A stretch of DNA of 64,000 nt from an uncultured Solirubrobacterales bacterium (GCA_963731895.1 CAVSXO010000021.1:4796-68795), one strand, 5' to 3'. Positions 49,432-60,680 are shown, counted from the first letter of the stretch. A program made the numbers and translations. The notes: generated by a model not told the origin, from the sequence alone.

Positions 49432-50327
49432 GACGTGTCTTCGGCGCGGGCGCGGCGCAGCGCTTCGTCGAAACTCATCGGCTGGACGTCGAACGCTGCC
49501 GCCGGCAACGGGTCCGTGACCACCGTGGTGGTCGAGAGGCCCTCGACGAGTGGACGCGCGACGCCGGCATCGACCGGCGTCACGAGCCCGATCCACAGTG
49601 ATGAGAGCCGGGGGGAGAGGAACGGCACGGGCACCTTCGGCCGGTGCGGGCGCCCGAGGACGTCGGCCATGCGGTCGAGCATCTCCCCATAGGAGAGGAC
49701 GTCCGGTCCGCCGATCTGCACCTCGCGGCCCCTGGATGCCGGAACCTGCGGCGCCTGTTCGAGGTAGGCCAGCACATCGTCGATTGCGATCGGTTGCGTG
49801 AGGGTCTTGATCCAGGCGGGTGCGATCATCGCCGGCAGGCGCTCGACCAGGTAGCGCAGGGTCCGGTAGGACTCGCTGCGTGCGCCGACCACCATGGCGG
49901 CGCGGAAGTAGGTAAGCGTAGGTCCCTCGGCGCCCAGCGCCTGAGCGGTCTCGTGGCGGCTGCGCAGGTGCTCGGACTGTGGATTGTCGCCAAGCCCGCC
50001 CAGATATATGACCTGCTCGACTCCTTCACGCCGCGCCATGGCGCCGAATGCGCGTGCCGCCTCGACGTCCTTGGCGCGGTAGTCGCCGGCCTTGCCTCGC
50101 CCCATCGAGTGCACCAGGTAATAGGCGACGTCGATCCCCGTGCCGGCACTCTGCATGCTCGCGGGCTCGAGCACGTCGCCTTCGTGCAGTTCGCAGCCGA
50201 GGGCAGCCAGATGGGAGGCGCGACCCCGGTCGCGGACCAGGCAGCGCACCTCGTGGCCCGCGTGCACGAGCCGCTCGGCCAGGCTGCCGCCGACGAATCC
50301 CGTCGCGCCTGTGACAAGAATCCTCAT
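49428..50327 (-). CDS. NAD(P)H-binding epimerase (YbjT-like)
   Basis: TGATGFVG, YYLVHSM, SEHLRSRHE and TQPIAIDD. Confidence 0.88.
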   Translation of the reverse strand: MRILVTGATGFVGGSLAERLVHAGHEVRCLVRDRGRASHLAALGCELHEGDVLEPASMQSAGTGIDVAYYLVHSMGRGKAGDYRAKDVEAARAFGAMARREGVEQVIYLGGLGDNPQSEHLRSRHETAQALGAEGPTLTYFRAAMVVGARSESYRTLRYLVERLPAMIAPAWIKTLTQPIAIDDVLAYLEQAPQVPASRGREVQIGGPDVLSYGEMLDRMADVLGRPHRPKVPVPFLSPRLSSLWIGLVTPVDAGVARPLVEGLSTTTVVTDPLPAAAFDVQPMSFDEALRRARAEDTS

Positions 50328-50480
50328 AAAGCGGGTTTCGTACCCCGGAACGTGCGGAATAACCGGCACAGTTCGCCGCCGGCGTATGTACCATCGCCCA
50401 GTCTGTGGCCGCAAATGCTCCTCATGGATGGGGAGCAGCGAGTCCATCTTGCCGCTTCCCGTCTCGAGGAGGACATTTAC

Positions 50481-51092
50481 TTGTTCAACAAGCTCCGCTC
50501 ACACCTGACCTTCGCCAACGTCGTTGCGATGACCGCGCTGTTCGTCGCGCTCAGCGGAACCTCGTACGCGGTCTCGAAGATTGGGCCCAAGGACATCCGC
50601 AAGAACGCCGTTCGCGCCAAGCACATCAAGAAGAGCCAGGTCCGCAGCAAGCAGATCAAGAACCGGTCCGTGCGCGCGTCGGACCTCGCGCCCGGAGTGA
50701 TCGGCACGACGCTTCAGTCCAGCGCCGGCCAGGCCAGGCGTGACGCCGGACCGACCGGTGTTGCCTCCTCGCAGAACTACACCACGGTTGCCACGCTGGG
50801 CGGGTTGGAGGCGGGCGCGTACGTGCTCCTGGCCAAGGCGAACCAGAGCTCGAATACGAAGACCGAGGGGCGCTGCCGGCTGTCGGCCGGGGACCAATAC
50901 GACGATTCGAACCGGGGCCTGCGCGAGGAGGGCACGCCCGAGGCACACAGCCTTCAGCTCGTGCACGCCTTCACGGGACCCGGCGCCGCGGTATTGGCCT
51001 GCCGCTCGGCGGCCGGAGTGTGGTCGGCGTCCGACACGAAAATCATCGCGATCAAGGTCGCGACCGCCAGCTCGAACGTGGTCGGCGGCTAG
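50481..51092 (+). CDS. Secreted hypothetical protein
   Basis: GGAGG SD; signal-like LTFANVVAMTALFVALSGTSYA followed by IxKNAV repeats. Confidence 0.75.
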   Translation: MFNKLRSHLTFANVVAMTALFVALSGTSYAVSKIGPKDIRKNAVRAKHIKKSQVRSKQIKNRSVRASDLAPGVIGTTLQSSAGQARRDAGPTGVASSQNYTTVATLGGLEAGAYVLLAKANQSSNTKTEGRCRLSAGDQYDDSNRGLREEGTPEAHSLQLVHAFTGPGAAVLACRSAAGVWSASDTKIIAIKVATASSNVVGG

Positions 51093-51979
51093 TCGGCGGC
51101 CCAGACCTGCAGGTTTGCCCGCTCGGCCGAAAGCGACTGGCCGCCACTCTCGAAACACACGAGGCTCACGTTGTAGGTCCCCGTAGGCTTGCTGGCGCCG
51201 CCTGAGATCGTGACCGTCTCGTCGAAGTCGGCCACGCCGGGCAGATCGGTCGCGTAAGTCAGGCTGATGTCGGACACCGCCTGCGGATCCTGCGTGTTGA
51301 GGATCTGCAGCTTGCAGCGGGCCTCGCGCGGGTCGGCGGTCGGGTTGCGCAGCTGCACCGTGGCGGTCGCCATCAGGCGCCCGGCGAAGGGGACGGCAAG
51401 CGGGTTGGACGACAGATCGATGACGGTGGCGGCCGATGAGACGTCCACCGCGGCACCGGACGAGACGCTGCGTGACGCGGTCGGACCCGCAGGACCCGTC
51501 GCCCCGTCGGCGCCGGTCGCCCCGTCGGCCCCGGTCGCGCCGGTAGCACCGGTGGCGCCGGTAGCGCCGGCGGCCCCGCCGGACCCGGTCGGCACCTGCC
51601 GGGCCCGCGGGACCCGCCGGCCAGGGCCCACCGCGCCCACCGGGCCGGTGGCTCCCTTCGATCCCCGCGCGCCGTCGCTGCCGTCGAAGCCCTCGCTGCC
51701 GCGGGCGCCGGGTGGCCCCTCCGGCCCGCGCGGCCCCGGGGTGCCGGCCTTCTTCAGCGCGAGTTTCGAGCGAATGTCGGCCCGCTTCGCGATTGCGAGC
51801 GCGCGCTTTGCCTTCGCCAGAGCTCCGGCCGCCGCACGGTCCACGGTCGGTCCGCCCATCGCGGGGCTGACCGTGCCGGCAAGCGACGCGATCAATGCAA
51901 TGCCAAGTAGGACTGTGAGAGGCCGAATCCGTCGGCCGGTGGCGATCCGTGCCAAGTCTTCCTCCGGGAGTGGGAGCAC
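51089..51979 (-). CDS. Secreted collagen-like (Gly-X-Y) protein
   Basis: TM/signal segment followed by GPRGPEGPPG..GATGATG; short out-of-frame patch near 51590-51620. Confidence 0.8.
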   Translation of the reverse strand: MLPLPEEDLARIATGRRIRPLTVLLGIALIASLAGTVSPAMGGPTVDRAAAGALAKAKRALAIAKRADIRSKLALKKAGTPGPRGPEGPPGARGSEGFDGSDGARGSKGATGPVGAVGPGRRVPRARQVPTGSGGAAGATGATGATGATGADGATGADGATGPAGPTASRSVSSGAAVDVSSAATVIDLSSNPLAVPFAGRLMATATVQLRNPTADPREARCKLQILNTQDPQAVSDISLTYATDLPGVADFDETVTISGGASKPTGTYNVSLVCFESGGQSLSAERANLQVWAAD

Positions 51980-52048
51980 TTCCAGCGTAGTGGAGAAAAC
52001 GGGGCCGCGCTCGTCCTAACGGCCCCGAAAGTGCCCGCAGAGCGGACC

Positions 52049-52054
52049 TATACT
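52049..52054 (+). promoter_or_regulatory. -10 element of the tRNA promoter
   Basis: TATACT 11 nt upstream of the tRNA 5' end. Confidence 0.5.
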
Positions 52055-52065
52055 TGCCCGGTCAC

Positions 52066-52139
52066 GCCGACGTAGCTCAGCTGGCCAGAGCACTTCACTC
52101 GTAATGAAGGGGTCCCCGGTTCGAATCCGGGCGTCGGCT
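52066..52139 (+). tRNA. tRNA-Thr(CGT)
   Basis: Acceptor stem GCCGACG/CGTCGGC, D arm TAGCTCAG..GAGC, anticodon stem CTTCA-CTCGTAA-TGAAG, T loop GGTTCGAATCC; CCA not encoded. Confidence 0.96.
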
Positions 52140-52193
52140 TCCCTGTCATGGTCCACGTGCGATACCGTCGCCGCATTGGCCCTTCTCAGTCAG

Positions 52194-52455
52194 ATGATCC
52201 GCCACGTGGCCGATCACGGGACGCACAGACGACCTCAACGCGTGGTTTGCCACGCGTCAAGGCGGGCGCTGGGCCGAGCAGACCGTTCGTGCGGCCTTCC
52301 CGGCACCGCCCCGAGTCCAGAGGACCTCGCCCACAGCCTCGACCAAGCCGCCAGCCGACCCCGCCGAGACGCTGCAGCAGTTGACGGAGCTGCACAGGCG
52401 TGGTGTTGTCACAGACGCCGAGTTCGAGACTTTGCGCGCCGGCCTGAGAGCGTGA
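52194..52455 (+). pseudogene. Small SHOCT-domain protein, frameshifted
   Basis: One frame reads DPAETLQQLTELHRRGVVTDAEFETLRAGLRA*. Confidence 0.55.
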
Positions 52456-52523
52456 GCCCAATCCGCTCTGGGCCGAGGAAGCAAAGGGGGGAACAACCGC
52501 AAGTAGGCGCTAGCGCCCGAGCG

Positions 52524-52595
52524 TCCTCGTCCTTCCCGCCGACCGCCAACTACGCGTTCATCTCGAACTGCCACACGGGCGCGCTTGTTGCCCCC
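52524..52595 (+). pseudogene. Isolated N-terminal fragment of a glycoside hydrolase family 15 gene
   Basis: SFPPTANYAFISNCHTGALVAP matches the GH15 N-terminal motif; nothing follows. Confidence 0.6.
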
Positions 52596-52688
52596 GCGCG
52601 CAAGCCAGCTTCCAGGCCGCAGACGACGCTGGGAGCGGGGTCCCTCGTCGTGTAGCGTCGGCTCAGTCGACACGAACTGGAGGTATGG

Positions 52689-53080
52689 ATGGAGGCTTCA
52701 CGAAGACGCGTACCGGGAGAGGGGTGGATCACATTTGCAGCCGTCCTCGTCCTGGTCGTCGGTACGTTCAATGTCATCAATGGCATTGCGCTCATCGTCG
52801 ACGACAACTACTTCCGTGCCGACGAGCTCCTGTTCGGCGACCTGTCGATGTGGGGTTGGCTGGCTCTCATCATGGAGCGGGCCAGATCCTGATTGGCTTC
52901 GGCATCTTCAGCGGCAGCATTTTGGCTCAAATCGTCGCCGTCGTCTGGGCCGCCCTGAACGGGTGCCTCCATCTCTTCGCGATCGGTGCGTACCCGGCCT
53001 GGTCGATCATCATCATGGCAATCGACGGACTCGTGATCTATGGGCTGATCATGTACGGACGGGCGTTCAACGAGGCATAG
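52689..53080 (+). CDS. Small four-TM membrane protein (DUF7144-like), frameshifted
   Basis: GWITFAAV..GTFNVINGIA..WGW, then AYPAWSIIIMAIDGLVIYGL in a shifted frame. Confidence 0.7.
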
Positions 53081-53093
53081 TCGGCGCGGCGAC

Positions 53094-53594
53094 TCAGCCC
53101 GGTAGGTTCCCAAGCTGGTCGAGCAGGCCGCCGGTGCCGCCGAACAGCTTGCTGCCGTCCTCGATCAGCGCCACCGCCTCGTCGACCGGGAGGCGCGCCG
53201 CGATTGCCCGTAGTCCCGTGGCGACCAGCGGGTTGAGCGCCCCGGCGGCTTCCGCGTCGTCGATCCCGCGCTTGACCCCCGCGCGGACAGCCGCCTCCAA
53301 CTCGGCGTCCTCGATCCCGTATCTGGCGGCGAACTCGGCGCGGCTCTCGGGGGTCGCGAGCGCGACCGCAAGCGTCTCACGGCTGACGCCGAGCTCGCAG
53401 GCGGCGCCGTCGAGGGCCGAGAGCGCGAACTGCTGCGCAGACTCCTCGACCCCCTGAGGATCGCGCCATTCGCGAGGATCGCAGGGATCGGCGACCTGTG
53501 TGGGCTCATAGGAGCCGCCGCCGAGCACCAGGTAGAGGGCGACGAGCGCTGTCGCTGCGGCGACGGCGGCACCGACGAGCGCGCGGCCGCTCAC
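53094..53594 (-). CDS. Membrane-anchored hypothetical protein
   Basis: TM segment then GGGSYEP..ADPCDPR..LDGAACELGVSRE; GTGA-coupled to the MFS gene. Confidence 0.7.
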   Translation of the reverse strand: MSGRALVGAAVAAATALVALYLVLGGGSYEPTQVADPCDPREWRDPQGVEESAQQFALSALDGAACELGVSRETLAVALATPESRAEFAARYGIEDAELEAAVRAGVKRGIDDAEAAGALNPLVATGLRAIAARLPVDEAVALIEDGSKLFGGTGGLLDQLGNLPG

Positions 53595-54956
53595 AGCTGC
53601 ACCCGCCGGCGGGCGATCGCGATCGGGATCAGCGCCGCGACGGCGAACGCCGCGGCGATCAGGAAAGAGGCGCTGAACGCGTGCGTCGCGGCGGCGTCGA
53701 CCTCCTCCTCGATCTGACCTCGCAGGGCCACCGTCTCGACCCGCTTCGCTGGATCGGACGGCAACGGCTCGAACGCCGGGGCGATGGTCGGGACCTTGTC
53801 GCCCTCGGCCTCGATCTGCTTGGCGATCCGGTCGGCGAGCTCCAGCTTGGCGCCGGGGGAGAGGCGCGCGTCGAGCAGCGCCGCGGTACCGGCCGCCTCG
53901 GCGTCGGCGCGCTCGGTGTCGAGGTCGGCGGTGAACACCGGCGTCAGCAGCAGCAGGCCCACGACTACGCCGGCATGGCGCGAAGCGATCGTCCAGCCGC
54001 CGTGGATCGCCTGCGGCGCGCGGCCTGCCAGGGCCGCCTCGGTGAGCGCCGAGAGGGTCAGCGCGAGGCCGAAGCCGACCAGCGCCTGGGGCGGGAACGT
54101 GAGCACCACCGACGCGTCCGGGAGCAGTCCGAGCGCCGCGAGGCCGCCCGCGATCAGGATCGCGCCCGCCGCTGCCCGCGCCTCGACCGCGGGGACTCGC
54201 CGGGCGAGCGGGGCGGACAGCAACGCGCATGCCGGGAGCACGCTGACCGCCGCCGCGGCCTCGATCGGGCTCAGCCGCCAGCCTTCGATAAGCATCAGGA
54301 CGACGAGAAACAGAGCCGCCGCGAGGGCCGCCGAGATCAGGCCGAGCGCGGCGTTGGCCGCCAGATGCGGGCGCCCCGCGGCACCCGCGCCCGCGCCGGG
54401 TCGCTTCGCCCCGCGCCGCTCCGATGATTGGGACCGCGAGCAGAATTGCCGCCGGGACTTGGACGAGGAAGATCGATTGCCACGACACGAGCTCAGTGAG
54501 CAGGCCGCCGACGGCGGGCCCGAGTGCGGCGCCGGTGGCGCCGGCGGTCGCCCATGCCCGCGTGGCAGAGCGCTCGGAGCCATACACCGCCGGCATCAGC
54601 TCGAGCGCGGCGCAGACCGCAGCCGCGCCGCCCACGGCCTGCAGGCAGCGAGCCGCGATCAGCACGCCGATCGACGGCGCGAGGCCGCATCCGAGGCTTG
54701 CCACCGCGAAGAGCCCCAGCCCCGCCGCCGTCAACCGCGCCGGCCCGATCCGCGACGCGGCGTGCGCGGCCGGTACCGCGCTCGCCGCGAGGACGAGGTT
54801 GAACCCGATCAGCACCCAGGTGACCGCCGCGACCGAGACGTCGAGCTCGCGGTAGATGTCGGGCAGCGCGAGGACGACCACCGAGGAGTCGGCGAGGACC
54901 AGACCTACCGCCGCGCCGAGCGCGATTCGCGCTGCCCTGGGATCACCGGCAAGCAT
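53591..54956 (-). CDS. MFS transporter (frameshifts near 54400)
   Basis: ADSSVVVLALP, ARCLQAVGG and GPAVGGLL. Confidence 0.8.
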
Positions 54957-55016
54957 CGAGCCCGAGTCTAGGTCCCGGTCGCGCGCCTGGTAATCGGGCA
55001 CGGCTTCCCGGTTCCG

Positions 55017-56748
55017 CTATTCGATGAGCTTGCCGGCCGAGGAGACCTCACGCATCAGGGCAGCGATTCGTCGGGGATCGGCGGGATCTCCTCGCGAGCT
55101 AGGCGACCCGGCCCCGACCAGACGAGGTTGACCTGCAGCGACGGCGTCGAGCTCTGGATAGTCGGAGCGGTTGTGGCAACCGCGGGTCTCTCGCCGCTCG
55201 AGAGCGGCCTCGAGAGTGGCTCGGGCGGCGAGGGTCGCGGACTTGAGGTCGAAGGCGTGCGCAAGGTCCTGAAAGCCTGCCGACGTCGGGGTGCACGCCC
55301 AGGTCGGCCATGCGCGCGTCGATGATGTCGAGTTCTGCGAGGCCGGCGAGGAGCCCCGCCTCGTCGCGCACGACGCCGGCGTGCTCGGTCATCGTGTTCC
55401 GGATAGCGCGCTGCAGGGCCCGAACGTTCTCCGGCCCGTCAGCGGCGAGCAGCTCGTCGACCTCGGCGCGTGCCCCGGCGAGCGCGGCCGCGGAGCGCGG
55501 CTGGGCCGTGAGCTGCGCCGAGTAGGCAGCGGCCGCTTTCCCGGCGATCCGCCCGGCGACGAGCAGTTCGATCAGGGAGTTCCCGCCGAGGCGGTTGGCG
55601 CCATGCAGCCCGCTCGACGCCTCGCCGATCGCGTAGAGCCCCTCGACGCCGGTGCTGTGGTCCTCGGGGTGCACCCAGACGCCTCCCATCGAGTAGTGCG
55701 CGGTCGGTGCGACCTCGATGGGGGTCGTGGTGATGTCGAGCATCTGCAGTTCGAGCAGGGTCTGGTAGACGCGCGGCAGGCGCTGCATGATCGTCTCGCG
55801 GGGCAGGTGCGAGACGTCGAGCCAAACGCCGCCGTTCGGGCGTGCCGCGCCCCTCCTTGATCTCGGTGTAGGTCGCCAGCGCGACGCGATCGCGCGTGGA
55901 CAACTCCATGCGCTCCGGGTCGTAGCGCGCCATGAACCGTTCGCCGAGGCCGTTGCGGAGGATGCCGCCCTCGCCGCGCGCCGCCTCGGACACGAGGGTG
56001 CCGGCCGCGTTTTCCGGCTCGATGAGGCCCGGAGGGGTGAAACTGCACGAGCTCGGGGTCGCGGATCCGGCCACCGGCCTCCACGGCGAGGCGGAACGAG
56101 TCGCCGGTGTTCTCGTCGCGGCGCGACGAGGTGTGGCGCCAGATCCGGGTGTGGCCGCCGGCCGCGAGGATGACCGCGTCCGCGTGGATGACGTAGCGGG
56201 TGCCGTCCTCAGGTCGAAGCCGTAGGCGCCGAAGACAACGTTGTCGCGCACGAGGAGCCTCGTGATGTAGATCGGTGTCGAGGATCGGGACCTGCAGCTG
56301 CGCGGCGCGGTTGACGAGCGTGCGCTGGATCTCGAGACCGGTGTAGTCACCGGCGAACGCCGTGCGGCGGAACGTGTGCGCGCCGAAGAAGCGCTGCGAG
56401 ATCCGCCCGTCCTGCTCGCGGGCGAACGGCATGCCGTAGCGCTCGAGGTCCTCGATGCCTCGAGCCGCGCCCTCGGTCACGATCTGCACCGTGCGCGGGT
56501 TGGCGAGGAGGTAGCTCTCCTTGAGGGTGTCGGCCGCGTGCTGCTGCCAGGTGTCCTCGGGGTCGACGGTCGCGAGCGCCGCGTTGATGCCGCCGGCGGC
56601 GAGCGACGTGTGGGCGTCCGCCTTGGGCCGCTTCCCGACGGCGAGCACGTCCACTCCCGCGCTCAGCAAGCTCGATCGCGGCGCGCAGGCCCGAACCTCC
56701 CGTTCCAATGACGAGCACGGACGTCGAGATGAGCCGTTCAGGGCTCAT
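55017..56748 (-). CDS. L-aspartate oxidase/succinate dehydrogenase flavoprotein-like FAD oxidoreductase, multiply frameshifted
   Basis: IGTGGSG, AHTSLAAGGINA, VQFHP, LVSEAARGEG, HYSMGG, HGANRLGGNSL and ETRGCH across frames. Confidence 0.8.
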
Positions 56749-56806
56749 AGCGCCATCAGTTCACGCGGCCTGGCGCTCGGCGACCGGCCACGTCATGAGG
56801 AGCTCC

Positions 56807-57570
56807 TCACGGTTGGGTTTGCCTTGCCGTGGACTGGCTGAGCCAGTCCTCGAAGCGGGTCGGGGCGATGCGCGGGTTGTCGCCGGGGGTGAGGGAGTGG
56901 TCGTCGAGCTCTGTACCGAAGTAGCGCGCGTGGACGTCGGCCGTCACTGGCGCGCGTCGTCTTTCGCGCTCAGGACGCGACGGGCCAGCTCGTCGAGACG
57001 GAACGGCTCGGGGCCGGCGAGCTCGACCGTGTCGTTCAGCGGCGGGCTCGTCGCGACGTCGGCGAGCGCCGCGGCCACGTCGTCGGCCGCCTCCGGCTGA
57101 ACCAGCACCGGCGCCAGGCGAACCGTGTCGCCGTCGGCGCTCGAGTCGGCGATCCGGCCGATGAACTCGAAGAACTGCGTTGCGCGCAGGATCGTGTAGG
57201 GGACCGGCGCGGCCTTCACCACTTCCTCCTGGGCGACCTTCGCGCGGAAGTAGCCGCTCGCCGGGAGCCGGTCGGTGCCGACAACCGAGAGAGCGACATG
57301 GTGTCCCACGCCCGCTTTCGTCTCCGCGTCGCGGAGGTTTCGCGACGAGGTCTGGAAGAAGTCGAGCACGGCCGCGTCCTCCCAGGCGGGCGCGTTCGAG
57401 ACGTCGACGACGACGTCAGCGCCGGCGAGCGCTTCGTCCAGGCCCTCGCCGGTGAGCGTGTTGACGCCGGTGTCGGGCGATGCGGCGAGCGGCTCATGGC
57501 CTGCGTCGCGGAGCTTCTCGACGAGCTTCGAGCCGATCAGTCCGGTTCCGCCGATCACGACGATCTTCAT
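56807..57570 (-). CDS. NmrA-like atypical SDR (frameshift near 56945)
   Basis: IGGTGLIG, YFRAK and RATQFFEF; ARYFG..TRFEDWL in a shifted frame. Confidence 0.85.
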
Positions 57571-58447
57571 GACTTTCCTTTCGTTTGCTCAGTAGGGGTT
57601 GCGGGAACGAAGCGCTTGACGAACGCGAGCGCCTTTTCGGCCACCTCGCGCCAGCCGCTGTCGATCGTGAGCGCGTGGCCGCGGTTCGGGATCTTCACGA
57701 TCTCGGTCACGCCAGGGTTGCGCCTCTGCCGCTTGTAGGCGGCGTGCGCGATCGCCCACGGCACCGTGTGGTCCTTCTCTCCTTCGATGAAAAGCAGCGG
57801 CCCGCGATTCGGGTTCTTGGGGTCCAGCTTTGCCTCGGTCCGCGGGTTCAAATTGGCATTGGCCATCTGCATCAGAGCCACGCCCGGGCGCCGCGACGTG
57901 GTAGGTCTCATAGAGCCGCTCCGCCTCCTCGTCGTCGAGGGCGTTCGCCCAGCCGTACTTGAACTGGTCCAGGGTGAGAGTGATGGCACGGCCCCGGTTC
58001 AAAGGGTTTCGAAGTACCGGGATCGAGACCCGCAACGTTGAGATCGGCAGCGGCAGCACACCGCGAAACGGTCCGGGATCGATCGCCACCGTTGCCGCGG
58101 ACAAACCCCGGTCGGCGATGATCTGCGCCAGCAATCCGCCGGTCGAGTGGCCCATGACCGCGGGCTTCCTGTCCAGCCCCCCGATCACCTCTGCGGTGTG
58201 ATCGGCGACCTGCTTCGAGCGTCTTCTTGGCGAGGATCTCCGGCTCCGCGCGGGCCACTTCAACCGTCTCGGGATCGTCTGGCCAGTCCGGGGTCACCGC
58301 GGCATAGCCCGCGGCCTCGAACAGGTCGGCCCAGCGATCCCAGCTACTCGGCAGCAGCCAGAGCCCGTGGATGAATACGACCGGCGTCCGCCCGCTCGCG
58401 TTCGCCTGCTCGACCTGTCGCGTTTCCCGCTCAGTGACTCCGGCCAA
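57567..58447 (-). CDS. Alpha/beta hydrolase (frameshifted)
   Basis: FIHGLWLLPSSW, GHSTGG, GEKDHTVP and RGHALTID. Confidence 0.85.
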
Positions 58448-58654
58448 GTGATTCTCCTTCCCGCGCTGACTCGGCGAAAGCGCCGTGGACGATGATGTGG
58501 TCGTGGGTGGCATGAGTGCTCCTTTCGGTGGGCTGAGTAAGCGATACGGACGTGCAGCGAGTATCCCACTGTGGCCTGCGCGTCTCGGGGTTCATCGCGG
58601 GTTCGCAAAGGCATTACAGAGCCGCTGACGTTCCTGGCGGTATGGGCTGGCCTC

Positions 58655-59122
58655 CTATGCGCTGTGGAGCGCCTCGCGCAGGACGGCGCTAGCCAGGCGG
58701 CGGACCGCTGAGTCCGTGAGCTGAAAAACGGTTGTCGGTAGTCCGAAGCGCTCGATGACCTGATCGAGCAGCCTGTTCTCCGCCAGCCCGCGCGGTCGCC
58801 GGGACGCAGGCCGATCAGGAGATGGTCGGGAGCGAACTGCCGGACAGCGTCATCGAACGCCAGCAGAGGATCGTCGGCGCCCACTGCTCCAGCGGCTCCG
58901 GCGCCCATTTCGTCCAGTTGCCCGAGCACCGTCTGCAGACGCTCGTCTGCTTGCTCGCGAGCCTTGTCCGTGGCAGAAGTGAGCCAGTCCAAGGCGCCCC
59001 GGCAGGGCCGGCGCGATGACCAGAATCTCATCGGCCACATCGATCAGGGACCGAACGCTCGCGGGTATGTCGCCAGGTTCGGAGGCGGCTGCGCCCACTG
59101 CGATCAGGAGTCTCAATCCCAT
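58655..59122 (-). CDS. Universal stress protein-like hypothetical protein (frameshifted; end approximate)
   Basis: LVIAPAL..A.ERL..VGADDPLLAFDDAVRQFAPDHLLI..RFGLPTTVF. Confidence 0.55.
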
Positions 59123-59256
59123 CCCGTCTAGAGACTAATCCAAGATCCGAAAGCAGCCGCAAACGAGTCACCCCCGTCACATCCCCGGATTCCGCTTCAA
59201 CAAGCCGAAACGACGATCAGCCGCAAATAGCTCGTAAACGCCTGAGGGTGCCTGGT

Positions 59257-59297
59257 TAATGGAAGGGGTCCCCGGTTCGAATCCGGGCGTCGGCTTC
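59257..59297 (+). repeat. Copy 1 of the tRNA-Thr 3' half (att-like)
   Basis: 59262-59297 is identical to 52106-52141 (36 nt), preceded by TAATG. Confidence 0.92.
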
Positions 59298-59438
59298 GCT
59301 TATAAAGCGGAATAGATAGCCTCGTCCAGTGCGACTGAGGCCGATGGGCAATGGATTGGGCAACGGGCGCTCCTCGGGGGACCATCCGCCGGCTTAGGCA
59401 GGATCTCCCCGGCCCTACACGATCGGAGGTAACCGGAA

Positions 59439-59843
59439 ATGGTGCTGGCTGCGGACTACCCGTTCCTCGACATTCTCTGGACCATGCTCATCTTCTTCGC
59501 GTGGGTGATCTGGTTCTGGATTCTCATCCGGGTGCTCATGGACGTGTTTCGCCGACACGACCTGTCGGGGTGGGGTAAGGCTGGTTGGACGGCCATGATG
59601 ATCTTCGTGCCATTCCTAGGAGTGTTCATCTATCTCGTCGCGCATGGTCAGGACATGGGAAAGCGAGACATCGACCAGGCCCGGGCCGCACAGGCAGACT
59701 TCGACGAGTACGTCCGATCCGTGTCCGGGAGCGGCCAGGGCGGTGCGGCGACATCGCAGATCGCCGATGCGAAGCAGTTGCTTGACAGCGGGGCGATCTC
59801 GCCCGATGAGTACGAGCGGCTGAAGGCAAAAGCGCTTTCGTAA
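59439..59843 (+). CDS. PLDc_N + SHOCT domain membrane protein
   Basis: GGAGGT SD; DVFRRHDLSGWGKAGW..PFLGVFIYL and AKQLLDSGAISPDEYERLKAKAL. Confidence 0.9.
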   Translation: MVLAADYPFLDILWTMLIFFAWVIWFWILIRVLMDVFRRHDLSGWGKAGWTAMMIFVPFLGVFIYLVAHGQDMGKRDIDQARAAQADFDEYVRSVSGSGQGGAATSQIADAKQLLDSGAISPDEYERLKAKALS

Positions 59844-59998
59844 GCGGAATGGTCCGCGGGGTCGCCGCCCGCTGGGAGTGGCGTACCTTCGGAGGCCAGT
59901 TCGGTGAAGCCGAGGCCAGGTTCGCCGCTCTTTCGCCGGAGCGTATTCAGGAGAGCGATGAGCTGTAGCCGCTCGCATTCTGCGGGTGTTGCACGGGA

Positions 59999-60041
59999 AC
60001 TCGTAATGAAGGTGCCCGGTTCGAATCCGGGCGTCGGCTTC
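59999..60041 (+). repeat. Copy 2 of the tRNA-Thr 3' half (att-like, slightly degenerate)
   Basis: ACTCGTAATGAAGG..CCCGGTTCGAATCCGGGCGTCGGCTTC starts at the anticodon loop. Confidence 0.92.
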
Positions 60042-60146
60042 AGCTCTCGAACTGGACTTGCGCGGTGGAGTGATCCCAGGCAACTGCTCGAGCGCACGGG
60101 CTGACTGGAGGCCGCATCGCCTAGAATCGCTGGGCGGAGGTCGCCT

Positions 60147-60680
60147 TTGGAATCGAGCATGCTCCAGCGGGTGGATGAGGCCTTCCCCTGGTTGCCAGGT
60201 GAAATCCGCGAGGGCTGCGCCGTCGTCTGGCGCGTCTTGGAGGCGCTCTCCGCCAAGGACGTCGAAAGCGGTTTGTCGTTTTTCCAGCACGACTGCGAGT
60301 ACCGCTCGGCATTCGCGCCAGCTGAGGGCGGTGCCGCCTACACGGGACGTGACGGGCTCAGGAAGTACTTCAACACCGTCTTCGAGCTGTTCGACGTCTG
60401 GAGCGTCATGCCGACGAACTTCATTGGCAGCGACGACCGAATCATGGTGCTCGGAACGTTCGAGTTCTCGGGCCATGGTAGCCACGTCACGATGAAGCAG
60501 CCGATCGGCACGATCTGGATGCTTCGAGACGGCCTGATAACGCGCGGCTTCGGGTTTCTCAACGTGAACGACGCCGTCGACTCGATGGCGGCCCAATGCG
60601 GTCGTGACCGTACCGAGATCGAGTCGCTGATCGACAAGGCGGAGCGGGCACGCGCATCTCACGAGAGCCGGGACGTGTAA
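60147..60680 (+). CDS. SnoaL/NTF2-like protein
   Basis: EGGAAYTGRDGLRKYF..GHGS..IWMLRDGLI; GGAGG SD. Confidence 0.75.
   Translation: MESSMLQRVDEAFPWLPGEIREGCAVVWRVLEALSAKDVESGLSFFQHDCEYRSAFAPAEGGAAYTGRDGLRKYFNTVFELFDVWSVMPTNFIGSDDRIMVLGTFEFSGHGSHVTMKQPIGTIWMLRDGLITRGFGFLNVNDAVDSMAAQCGRDRTEIESLIDKAERARASHESRDV

Noticed and set aside
51480-51745. 9-bp periodic repeats
   Set aside because: Explained by Gly-X-Y collagen coding.
53094-55001. 635-aa MFS fusion ORF
   Set aside because: Frameshift artefact; the middle is out-of-frame Arg-rich text and the MFS C-terminus ends at 53591.
59257-60041. Additional tRNA genes
   Set aside because: Both copies lack the 5' acceptor strand and D arm, so they are att-like fragments.
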